A stretch of DNA of 64,000 nt, from NCBI RefSeq assembly GCF_009914755.1, contig NC_060927.1; one strand, 5' to 3'. Source of the stretch: the human T2T-CHM13v2.0 reference genome, Homo sapiens. Each line of letters starts with the position of its first letter. Within the stretch, counting starts at the first letter, position 1. Made by a program: the position numbers and the translations under genes. The notes under the pieces were generated by a model that ran no database searches, was not told where the DNA came from, and saw only the letters and a list, made by a program, of their open reading frames with translations. Shown piece by piece: positions 15,824-31,360 of the stretch.

Positions 15824-16981
15824 CTGCAAATCAAAACCAAAGTCATGTGGAGCCCCAAGGAAACACACACCTCTGTGAAAAAGAGACATCAGAAAATGAC
15901 AGTAGCCATGTGGTAACTTTACGTAACATAAATCCAGGGTGGAGGTTCTAGAATCTTCCATCCACCTAATGAGATTTAGATTTGCCTACAGTCATGGAGG
16001 GATTTTTGTAGCCTTCCCTGTTATCAGCAATCATTTCCTTGAGAGAAACCCAGTTCTAGCTCTACCTGCTGTTGAGGGCTGTGAAGTTGCCCCCAGGAAA
16101 CAGAGACAATGATAGGCACCAGGATCATCATCTCCAATATTTTTATTGAAGTTCTCTATTTACCAATGGGTCAATCTTGTTTCCTTAAATCAGGAATAAA
16201 TTTCCACCTGCTAAAGATGAGTGGTAAGTATGACTGTTCTTGTGGGTAACTAAGTCCAGAACTGTTCTGGGTTTCTGATCACAGTATCAGTTTCTCTTGC
16301 CTCAGCGGGTAAGGAAAGGCTGTTATTAGACTTCACCTGTGAGGCCTGGGTAGGTGCCTCACCTGCCTCACCATATCCAGGCTACACATCCTGCAGGTGG
16401 CTCCACCCAGGACCTTTTCCTGCAGACAAGAAAGCTTCTGGCTGAAGGGTTGCACACTGCCCTCAGAGCTATAGGTGGCCAAAGGAAGTTTTGTTTAATC
16501 TTCACTTTCCTTAAAAAAAAAAAAAAAAAAAAAAAACACTGCAGGCCCCACCACATCCTGCTTTACTCCTGACGTCCCTAGAATGTGGGGACCCAGTGGT
16601 AGTCGGCTGAGCATAGGATTGGAAGTCAGAGGGCCTGGTTCCAAATTCTGCTTCAGACACAAGATGGGAGGTCTTGGGCAAGTCAATCTCACTGGACATC
16701 TATTTCTTCCTCTTTTAAAAACCAATAAAAAATGTACAGGTTTGTGAGGCTCCTCACTGAGAAAACGTTAAAGAGCTTTCAAATATTTTGTATTGTTAGT
16801 GATAATTTGCCATAAAGTCAAATATTTCTCATTTGTGGGCAATGCCTACCTCATGGTGCAGTACAAGAACCCAGTGAACAATGGAATCACTTATTAGATG
16901 TTGCCATAATCAAATCTCCACAAATACTGCTTTCCTTTTGCTGGGTAGTAGGGGTTTTTTAAGCTACAAAACTGCACTTAC

Positions 16982-17031
16982 CATTTGTGTTAGTTATTCC
17001 AACATGAAGATCAGACCTTCCATCATACTCT
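16982..17031 (-). CDS. MKRN2OS: MKRN2OS exon 2 ((R)[16 protein letters not shown](G))
   Basis: TTCTTTCAG acceptor, G|GTAAGT donor, 50 nt, phases consistent. Confidence 0.92.
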
Positions 17032-17106
17032 CTGAAAGAAACAAGGTTTGTTTTTTTTTGGTTTGCATGTATTTGGCATGAAGAATTGGCATTTAAAGTA
17101 GGAGGA

Positions 17107-18518
<1,412 letters not shown>

Positions 18519-19048
18519 CTAATTCATCCTTTTTGTTTATGCTAGCGCTCTCAGCAAGAGAGAACTGAATTTGTTCTTAAAGCCAGGTGGTGTCTACAGT
18601 GGAAATAGATCAGTTCTAGTCTTCAGTTTAATTTGCCTCCATACAAAATAGTCTGCAAGTGCCCGTTCATCGGGCCCTGTAGGTTGTACCTGTTTGTCAC
18701 TGAAACTACAAATTAACTGACAGTAAAGGTATTATTTAGATAAGATTAGCTGCTGGGTCATTTTCCTGGTTAGCCTCTGAGCACATATTTTTCTCTCTGA
18801 AAATCATATGAGCAGGTTTACTCTTCATATATTCCACATATATTCTTGCACTTGTCACTGCAGGAACATATGCACACCATCTGTTTTTATGAAGCCAGTA
18901 GGACTGCATCTCAGGATTTAAAGCCAAAGCACCGAAAAAATTGTCCACCAAACCTCACACATTATGTATTAAGAAAAGGAAACTTTAGTGACTAAAACAG
19001 AAGGAAAAGTTTGCACAATGCAATTTAACACTGTAAAAAACACTGTAC

Positions 19049-19266
19049 CTAAGAAATGTCCCCTGAGTTGGTCTGAGGAGGAATGAACATTTTTCTTGAT
19101 GTCCATTAGTAAATGGATTAGCGATGCTAACAGGTGCGTCCTCCAGCTTCCTCGAGCCCAGGTCCTGCTGGCAGAGAGGGCAGCACTGGGGCACACTGAA
19201 GCTGTAGATGTATTTCTCACAGTGGTTGAATTTAATTAAAGCCTTCCCAGCCTCTGCGCAGTGCAT
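19049..19266 (-). CDS. MKRN2OS: MKRN2OS first coding exon (MHCAEAGKAL...PTQGTFL(R))
   Basis: ATG 19266-19264, AG|GTACAG donor, 218 nt; ORF track 18985-19266. Confidence 0.92.
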
Positions 19267-21041
19267 AGCTTTCGCCTCCTGGAATGCTAGGGGAGGTTTC
19301 CGGAGACTTCCTTTTCCTCATTATACACCTGGCGAATGCACACCGCCCCAAGGAACCTGATCAATGGTGATGTCATCCTGACTGATGGCTTCAGAAGCCA
19401 AACCAGATAGGATTAACCAGTAGCCAGGCCTCCCCATAGACTGTATCTTAAAGAGCTAGTTTCTATTTGTTTATTTCCATTGTTTATGGTAACTGATAAC
19501 TGCCAGCTCCTATTCATCCTTTAAAGCCTCACTTTTCTGTGGAAGTTTTGTCAGCTTCCCCCAGTCTTCCCTTGCAGTGGCAGCGCTGGATTCATATTTC
19601 CGTCAGAACTCTTATTTATTTATTTAGAGACAGGGTCTCACTCTGTCACCCAAGCTAGAGTGCAGTGGCACGATCTTGGCTCACTGCAACCTCCACCCTC
19701 AGGTTCAAGTGATTCTCCCCACTCAGCCTCCCGGAGTAGCTGGGACTACAGACACACGCCACTATACCCAACTAATTGTTGTGTTTTTTGGTAGAGATGG
19801 GGGTTTCACCATGTTGGCCAGGCTGGACTTGAAGAGGCCTTCCTCAGCCTCCCAAAGAGCTGGAATTACACGCATGAGCCACTGCACCAAGCCTAGAACT
19901 GTTATTTAATCATTTAGTTTTGTTTCTCCCGTTAGTCTGTGAGCTTCTTGAAATTGGAGACCTTTACTTTTGTGTTCCCAGAATTGGTTAGATCATTTGT
20001 TGTTGCATAAATAAATCCTTATTTAAGGCTATTTTATTTTGACATTTTATATTATAAAAGTAATTTTGCTTATAAAAAAATTAACATCCAGAATGTTCTG
20101 GGGATTTTTTTAAAAAGTTAACAGCCCTGTTAGAAATAAGGATAGCGGTTACAGGAGGGAGATACTGACTGGGAGAGGACAGAGGTGGTTTCTCGGGTCC
20201 AGGGCTGTTGTGACTCATCTGGGTGTTAATAATATGGGAGTATTCCATTTGTGAAAAATCATCAAGCTGTGCATTTTATTATATGCAGTATATAATTTTT
20301 CAATTTTAAAATAATTTTTTAATTTTCTTATTTTTGTGGGTACATAATGGGTGTATATATTTAAAGGGTACATGGGATTTTTTTTTTTTTTTTTTTTTTT
20401 GAGACAGAGTCTCACTCTTGTCGCCAGGCTGGAGTGCAGTGGTGTGATCTCGGCTCACTGCAACCTCCGCCTCCTGGGTTCAAGTAATTCTGCCTCAGCC
20501 TCCTGAGTAGCTGGGATTACAGGTGCCCGCCACCACACCCAGCTAATTTTTGTACTTTTAGTAGAGATGGGGTTTCACCATGTCGGCCAGGCTGGTCTCA
20601 AACTCCTGACCTCAGGTGATCCTGCTGCCTCAGCCTCCCAAAGTGCTGGGATTACAGGCGTGAGCCACCGCACCCAGCCTACATGGGATATTTTGATACA
20701 GGCATACAATGTGCAATAATCACATCAGGGTAGATGGGGTGTACAATTTAAAAATAATTTTTAGCTAGGTGTGCTGGTGCACGCCTGTAGTCCCAGTTAC
20801 TCAGGTGGCTGAGATGGGAGGAGTGCTTGAGCCTGGAAGGTCGAGGGTGCCTTGAGCCAAGATCATCCCACTGTGCTCTAGCCTGGGCGACAGAGTGGGA
20901 CCCTGTCTCTAAATAAATAAATAAATAAATAAAATAAGCAATTCCATAAAAATATTTGGAAAAAAAGTAATGCCCCTTGTTTCTCACATAACATTTCCAC
21001 CCACCATATTCTACTTTCTGGAGAAAATTAATGGTATGTTA

Positions 21042-21426
<385 letters not shown>

Positions 21427-21829
21427 TCAGTGATACAGGTCTAGTTCATTTCAGATTTCATGGGAACCCACATTTTGGTTGTACTACACTTTAACCAAGG
21501 CCTAATTGATGCCTGTAATTCCAAAGATAAGCAGTCTTAAGGGGGAGACCCACAGAGAAGGTGTCATGGCAGGTAAAGGCACTTCAGGAGGGTTAAGTAT
21601 TTCACAATGTACATTTAAATAAATTACAGTATGCTGAAATGCAGAAAAGTGCATCTCCAGTGTTATAACATGAGAATGATCATCAGACTCACAGAACTAG
21701 AAAGGACCTCAGAAATCATTTCAACCAACCTTCTCTTGTTACAGTGAAGGCAGAGAGGTTATAGCTAGACACTCAGCTCAGGTGACAAAGACCTGAGATT
21801 GTTCATTATTAATACAAACCACATGGTAC

Positions 21830-22615
<786 letters not shown>

Positions 22616-23081
22616 TCAACACAAGCATCTTCAATCCTTTTTTACCTTTTCTCTATCTTAATCTTGTTATAAAATAAAACATAGACACAGAAAACTACAT
22701 AAATTGTAGTTTTTAAAAGATTTTTAAAGGCATTTTATTTTTTATTTTATTTTATTTGAGACGGAATCTCACTCTGTCGCCTAGGCTGGAGTGCAGTGGC
22801 GTGATCTTGCCTCACTGCAACCTCCACCTCCCAGGTTGAAGCGATCCCTTTGCCTCAGCCTCCCAAGTAGCTGAGACTACAGGCACCCACCATCACACCT
22901 GACTAATTTTTTGTATTTTTAATAGAGATGGGGTTTCTATATTCTAATAGAGTTGGCCAGGCTGGTCTTGAACTCCTGACCTTGTGATCTGCCCACCTCG
23001 GCCTCCCAAAGTGCTGGGATTACAGAAGTGAGCCACCACACCTGGCCTATGTTATTTATTTGTTTGTTTGTTTGTTTATGA

Positions 23082-23500
<419 letters not shown>

Positions 23501-23709
23501 TAACACCACAGCTGGCTAATATTTTAATTTTAATTTTTATAGAGACAGGGTCTTGTTATGTTGCCCAGGCTTGTCTTGAACTCCTGGACTCAAGTGATCC
23601 TCCTACATCAGGCTCACAAAATGCTGGGATTATAGGTAGCGCCCTGTAATTTTGGCTTGAAGAACTCCTTTTAGTATTTCTTATAGGGCAAGTTTTCTAG
23701 TGATGAACT

Positions 23710-24320
23710 CTCACCTAGTAGAATGGCTAAAATCCAAAACACTGAGAATACCAAATACTGGAGAGGATGTGGAGCAACAGGAACTCTCATTGCTGGTGGG
23801 AATGCAAAATGGTATAGTGATTTGGAAAATAGTCTGCCAGTTTATTACAAAACTCAACAAACTCTTACAATATGACCCAGAAATTGTGCTCTTTGGTATT
23901 TACCCAAATGAATGAAAACCTACGTCCACACAAAAACCTGCACATAGACGTTTACAGCAGCTTCATTCATAATTGCTAATACTTGGAAGCAACCAAGATG
24001 TCCCTCAGCAGGCGAATGGAAAAACTGGTACATCCAGACAAGGGACTATTGTTCAGTGCCAAAAAGAAGCAAGATACCAAGCCATGAAAGACATGGAGGA
24101 AACTTAAATGCATATCACTGAGTGGAAGAAGCCAATCTAAAAAGGCTGTATACGGTATGACTCCCAACTATATGAAACTGTGGAAAAGGCAAAACTGCTG
24201 AGACAGGAAAAAGATCAGTGGTTGACGGAAGGGAGGGATAAATAGGCAGAGTACAGAGAATTTTTAGGGCGGTGAAACTACTGTAATATGTCATTATACA
24301 TTTGTCAAAACCCATAGAGT
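23710..24320 (+). mobile_element. Old L1 (L1M) 3'-region fragment
   Basis: Typical L1 3' sequence (GAGGATGTGGAGCAAC..GAACTCTCA; TGGAAGCAACCAAGATGTCC). Confidence 0.75.
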
Positions 24321-24394
24321 AAGCCTGGGCAAAATAGCAAGACCCCATCTCTACAAAAAAATTTTTAAAACCTAGCCAGGCACTTGTCCTCCAA

Positions 24395-24615
24395 AATGCC
24401 CACTTGGCCCTCTTCCAAGTATATTTTACTTTCTTTTCATTCCTGCTCTGAAGCTTTTTAATAAACTTTCACTGCTGCTGTAAAACTTGCCTCAGTCTCT
24501 TTTTCTGCCTTATGCCCCTCAGTCGAATTCTTTCTTCTGAGGAGGCAAGAATTGAGGTTGCTGCAGGCCGGTACGGATTCACTGCCGGTAACTCGGACAC
24601 CTGCCACCGGTAACA
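24395..24615 (+). mobile_element. ERV1/MER4-group LTR 3' part (MER50-like)
   Basis: AATAAA then ...GAGGAGGCAAGAATTGAGGTTGCTGCAG...GGTAACA end; family from recall. Confidence 0.6.
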
Positions 24616-25034
24616 TATTTTGTTATGTTGGGTTATATGTGTTGGGTAACTCAGATAACTTCCTCTACTAACATAGTTTGCTGTGTGACTCGAATACATT
24701 CCCTAGTGGGTACATATCCATTTGATTCCTTAAAGGAAAGTGTACCATTCCAGTCAAAGCTTTGGTAAAATAACCAGTTTCTTTACAGTATCAGTAATAC
24801 AGGTCTAGTTCATTCTTTCAGATTGCATAGGAATCCACCCATCGGTGGGACATGACAGAGGCAAAATCCTGCCCCTGTCTCCTTTGGACTTGGTTACATA
24901 CCGCTTTCACCAACCCAAGGAGCCACCCTCCTGCCCTGACAGCAAGTGGCCAAGACCCACAAAATGAGCACCACCACCCCTCTGTCATTACACTTTATTA
25001 AAAAAAAAAAAAAAAGCCCGGGCACAATGGCTCA

Positions 25035-25400
<366 letters not shown>

Positions 25401-26202
25401 TTATGTGAATAGAAAATAAACATATTTCAATGAAGGATTTATTAAGAAAAAAAATCAAGGCCAGGCATAGTGGGTCACACCTGTAATCCCAGCACTTTGG
25501 GAGGCCAAGTTGGGCAGATCACCTGAGGTCAGGAGTTCGAGACCAGCCTGGCCAATATGGTGAAACCCCGTCTCTACTAAAAATACAAAAACACAAAAAT
25601 TATCCTGGCGTGTTGGCACATGGCTGTAGTCCCAGCTATTCCAGAGACTGAGGCAGGAGATTCGCTTGAACCCGGGAGGTGGAGGTTGCAGAGTTGAGAT
25701 CACACCATTGCACTCCAGCCTGGGAGACAGAGTGAGACTCTGTCTCAGAAAAAAGAAAAAAAAATCAAGATGATACATTTAAATCCAGCTATATTACATT
25801 TAGTGTAAATGGACTAAATGCTCCGATACAAAAAACAAAGAAGGCTGGGCACGGTGGCTCACGCCTGTAATCCCAGCACTTTGGGAGGCCGAGGCAGGTG
25901 AATCACCAAGTCAGGAGTTCAAGACCAGCCTGGCCAAGATAGTGAAACCCTGTCTCTACTAAAAATACAAAAAATTAGCTGGGCGGGGTGGTGGGCGCCT
26001 GTAATCCCAGCTACTTGGAAGGCTGAAGCAGAGAATTGCTTGAACCCTGGAGGCGGAGGTTGCAGTGAGCTGAGATCGTGCCGCTGCACTTCAGCCTGAA
26101 CAACAGAACAAGACCATCTCAAAAAAAAAAGCTTTCCAAAACTCCCATAAAACAATGAAATCTGAATAGCTTTATATATAAGAAAGCAATTAGATATTTT
26201 AA

Positions 26203-26525
<323 letters not shown>

Positions 26526-26849
26526 TAATTAAAAATCATCCTGCAGGCTGGGCATGGTGGCTCATGCCTGTAATCCTAGCACTTTGGGAGGCCAAGGTGA
26601 GCAAATTTCTTGAGCTCAGGAGTTTGAAACCAGCCTGGGCAACATAGTGAGATCTCCTGTCTACAAAAAATACAAAAATTGGCCAGGAGTGGTGGAGCAT
26701 GCCTGGCGCACACCTGTAGCCCCAGCTACTTGAGGGGCTGAAACCAGGAGGTGGAGGTTGCAGTGAGCCAAGATCACACCACGGCACTCCAGCCTGGGTG
26801 ACAAAGTGAGACCCGGTCTCCAAAAAAAAAAAAAAAAAAAAATCTTCCT

Positions 26850-27720
26850 GCACAGTAAACTGCAGGCTGAGATGGCTTCCATGGTAAATTCTTCCAGATG
26901 TTTAAGGGAAAAATTAATACCCATATTACACAGACTTTTCCAGAGGATAGAAAAGAAAGACTTCCAAACTCATTTTATGAGACCAGCATATCCCAGATAC
27001 CAGCACCTGGCATGGACATTATAAGAAAGGAACACTACAGACTAATATCTCTCATACACAAGGATGCAAAAATTCTAAACACAATTTTAACAAATAGATG
27101 ATTTATAGAAAATATATCATGGCCATGTGGGGTTTATCCTGAGCAATTGGGTAGGGTTAACATTAAAAATCAATCAGTATAATTCAATACATTACCAGTA
27201 TAAAAGGGAAAAACAATATAGGTTTCTCAATACATGCAAAAAAAAAAGTGATAAAAGTCAAGATGTGTTCATGGTAAAAATGCTAATAAAACTAGAAAGA
27301 AACTTTCTTAATTTGGCAATGGATAGCCTAAAAAAATCTAGGGCTAACATTTTAATTAAAATATTAAATAATTTTAAAGTAAAATATTAAATATTTTTAT
27401 TGAATCCAGGAACAAAATAAGATGTACACTATTACTACTTCTCTTTAACATTGTTCTGAAGGCTGTAGACAGTGCATGCAATAAGGCAAGGAAAAGAAAT
27501 AAAAGATACAAAGATGAAAAGGAAGCAAAACTGTCATTATTTGCTGATGGCGTGATTGTGTATAGAAAATCGATAACTAACTACAAATAAACCATTAGAA
27601 TTAATTCAAAATTTAGCATGGAGCTGAATCCCAAGTCAGTATACAAAGATCCAGTGTATTTCTATATATAAGCAACAAGCAATTCGGAAATTTTAGGAAT
27701 ATCATTTAAAATAGCATCGA
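26850..27720 (+). mobile_element. Degenerate L1 ORF2 (reverse transcriptase region) fragment; appears to resume near 29190-29330
   Basis: ORF-track peptide LPNSFYE.SI..IP.PG.DI.RKE.YR.ISL...DAKILN.IL.NR is L1 ORF2-like, with stops and frameshifts. Confidence 0.85.
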
Positions 27721-28734
27721 AAACCGCTTCTAGGGGCAGGTCGGCACACAAAGAAAACGAAAGCTTTGCAAGACCCTCGGCGCACGTCTGCGCAAAGGGT
27801 CTCTGTGTCTCTACGCCCAGATGGCCATTTTGAGTCCCGAGCTGGCAGCCACCCTTCTCTTCTGTTTTCTCAGCTTCTTCACCCGCTTCTATCTGATAGC
27901 CTTTTTCTCCCGAGTGTTTGGTAGCAAAGTTGCTTTTCCTAAGGGGCGAGAACGGGAGCTGGTGGTTAGCAAGCAGACGCAGTTTTACGCGCCCCTGCTA
28001 CGGGCAGGAGCGAGTGGCCCTGCCTTCTCTGCCAGCGCGGGTTCCCTGGGGGTGAGGAAAGTGAGTTCCACGTCCCGGGTGGGGCAGGACTTGGTGTTTA
28101 GTGCCCAGCGCCAGATAACGCCGGAAGAACCCCAAGTGGAGACTGCTTGCATCCTTCGGGAAAAGTCTAAGTGCTAAGTACCATGACAGTGGCAGGAACC
28201 AAGCTGTTGGGTACAGCTTGTGGAAGTGCACACTGGCTGTCGTTGATCCAGTGTTGTATTATTTTTTCATAAATATATATGAAATATATGAAATATATAT
28301 GAAATATAAAAATATATATATATATTGCCCATGACACAGACCTCAGGAGATCCTGAGAACATGTGCCCGATCCAGTGTTTTATTTGCACAGACACCCTAA
28401 AGGGCACCAGCAGTACAAGGCTGATGAAATAACTTATGGCATAGTCGTACAACGGAATACTATACAGTTCTACGAAAGGAGGAAGAGGCTCTATGTACTG
28501 ATATGGAAAAATCTCCACTGATTATGTACGCTGTGCAGAACAGTACGTTATGTTATCTTTTCTACAAAAAGGAGAAAATAATATATATGTATTTACTTGT
28601 GTATATTTAAAGAAATTCTGGAAAGATGTATACAAATTTGATAACAGTGGCCAGGTTTTGAGGTTTTAAAAAATGTTTCTGCTTTTTGTTTTGAAGAGGC
28701 GGGAACTAAATTGACAGGAGACTGAGACTTTTCA

Positions 28735-29183
<449 letters not shown>

Positions 29184-30042
29184 TTAAAATGCAATATTCA
29201 AGACACTGAAAACAAAATTTCCAGTATACTTCCAAATTCCTGAGAAAAATTTCAAAAGTTCTAAATAATTGGAAGTATATACCATGCTCATTCATTGGAA
29301 GACTCAATATTTTTATAGCAAAGTAAAAAAAGAACATACAGCTATACATACATAACATGGAAAGATCTCACAGATAAAATGTTGGTCAAAAGAAGGCAGA
29401 CAAAAGCGTAGGTACTGAATTATTATTTATATGAAAGTCAAGAACAGTTAAACTAATTTATAGTGATAGAGATGAACCCAAGCAATGACCTTTGTAAAGT
29501 ATTGCCTGGGAAGGACCATAAGGAAGCCCTTCTGGGGTGTCGATAATATCCAGCCCCCACCCACCCCCTGCAGCCTCGACTGCAGTGAACTATGCTCAAA
29601 GGATCCTTCCGGCTCAACCTCTCCTTACTCCAGCATTTTGAAGTTTAGTCGAGCATGGTGTCGCGCACCTGTATTCCCAGCTGCTGGGGAGGTTAAGGCA
29701 GAGGACTGCTTGAACTATGATGGCGCCACTGCACTCCAGCCTGGGCGACAGAGCAAGACCCTGCCTCAAAACAAAACAAAAAATTCTTTATTTTGATCTG
29801 GGTGGTAGTTTCATGAGTGTATGCATGTGCAAAAATTCATAGAATGTGTTTGGTGCACTTATATTGTGCATGTTATGTATCTCGAGTTTTTAAGCAATGA
29901 GAAACCATTGTAAGATTAAAAGGTGAATGACATGATCCGATTTATGTTTTAAAAATAGATTTTTACCAGGAACGGAAGCCAGAAGACCAGTTAAAAGGCT
30001 ATCGCATGGCTGGCCAGGCGTGCACGCCTGTAATTCCAGCTA

Positions 30043-30153
<111 letters not shown>

Positions 30154-30449
30154 TCAAAAAAATAAAAAATAAAATAATAATAATTAAAAAAAAAGGTATC
30201 GCATGGTGCTAGGTAGAAGGGACGGTGGAAAGGGGGCAGAAGAGGACGCATTGGACAGAGGTGTGGGAGCAGAATCTGCAGGGTATAGAGAGCTAGAGGG
30301 AAGTGTCAAAAATAACTTTTGGGGTTTCCACCATAGGAAATGGAAGACGAGCAGCACAAGACTGGCAGGAAAGAAAATGAAGACTAAAACTTGTGGAAGT
30401 AGAGATTTGGGGAAAGAGCAGTTGGGAGAGAGCTAAGGAATTTCCTTAA

Positions 30450-31360
30450 GTGGGAGGCGAGGTCCGGCGGGAACAGTTGAGGCAGGGCCTGAGAAGGGTG
30501 CCCAGTGAGTGCGAGTATGAATGGATAGGGGCATCCGGGATTAAGAGGAGAGGCTGGAGTTTCCCCAGGAGTGGTGAAGTGCCTCGAAGGAGGCGGGAGA
30601 TCCCTAAGGAATACTCTTGGCGATCGGGGCAGAATCGCAGGCACTAACAGTAGGCATCGGGATAAGACTGGCAGGACTAAGATGCCAGCCAGGCTCCGCC
30701 CCGGAGGCTTGGAAGTGCGGGACACCGAGAGCAGGGATGCCGGGACAGCCGGCCCGATCCCCGGTGCGGAACCAATTGTGACGACGGCTAGGTTACCCGC
30801 CGGCGCTACAAAGGTGCCACACCGGAGGGGCGGCGTGCGCCGGCGTGCGCCGGCGTGACGCGGCTACGCGGGATGGGCCGGGCCAGGGCCAAGGCCGAGG
30901 CGGCAGCGGCTGCGAGAGGCGGCGGCACGACGACGGTCCCTCAGCCCAGCCACCATGAGCACCAAGCAGATCACTTGCAGGTCAGTGCGCTGGAGCCAGG
31001 AGCTTCGGGCCGCTCCCCCAGGCCGCAGGGGGGCCGGTGCGCGCCAGTGCTGTGGTCCGGGAACCTGAGGCTAGAGCGGGACTCGGAAAGTTACTCGGCT
31101 GTTCGCGGCGGGGCTTTGCGAGGCAGAGCGAGCGCTGCCGCCACAGCCGGGGATCCGGGGGATGCGTGGCCGAGACGCTGGGCGAGGCCAGCGCGGGGGG
31201 CTACGCCCCGAGTTTGAAGCGTGGCCCCTGTGGGCTGGGAGGAAGGACGTCCTAGCCAGGGCCGTGCAGGATGCCGGGGCGCTGTCGGGAAGGCTCTGGG
31301 GCTTACGCTTTAACTGGAAAAGATTTGAAGTTGAGTAAAGGGACGCCGAGAGGACGGTTA
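30450..31360 (+). promoter_or_regulatory. MKRN2: MKRN2 CpG-island promoter (GC boxes, CCAAT at 30773-30777, TGACG half-sites)
   Basis: High GC and CpG density around exon 1. Confidence 0.9.
30955..30980 (+). CDS. MKRN2: MKRN2 exon 1 (MSTKQITC(R))
   Basis: GCCACCATG Kozak context; CAG|GTCAGT donor. Confidence 0.95.

Noticed and set aside
16513-16537. Isolated poly(A) tract in MKRN2OS intron 2
   Set aside because: No TSD or element body; ordinary mononucleotide run
26898-27390. Reverse-transcriptase-like peptides
   Set aside because: Decayed L1 ORF2 with stops and frameshifts; not an intact or novel RT system
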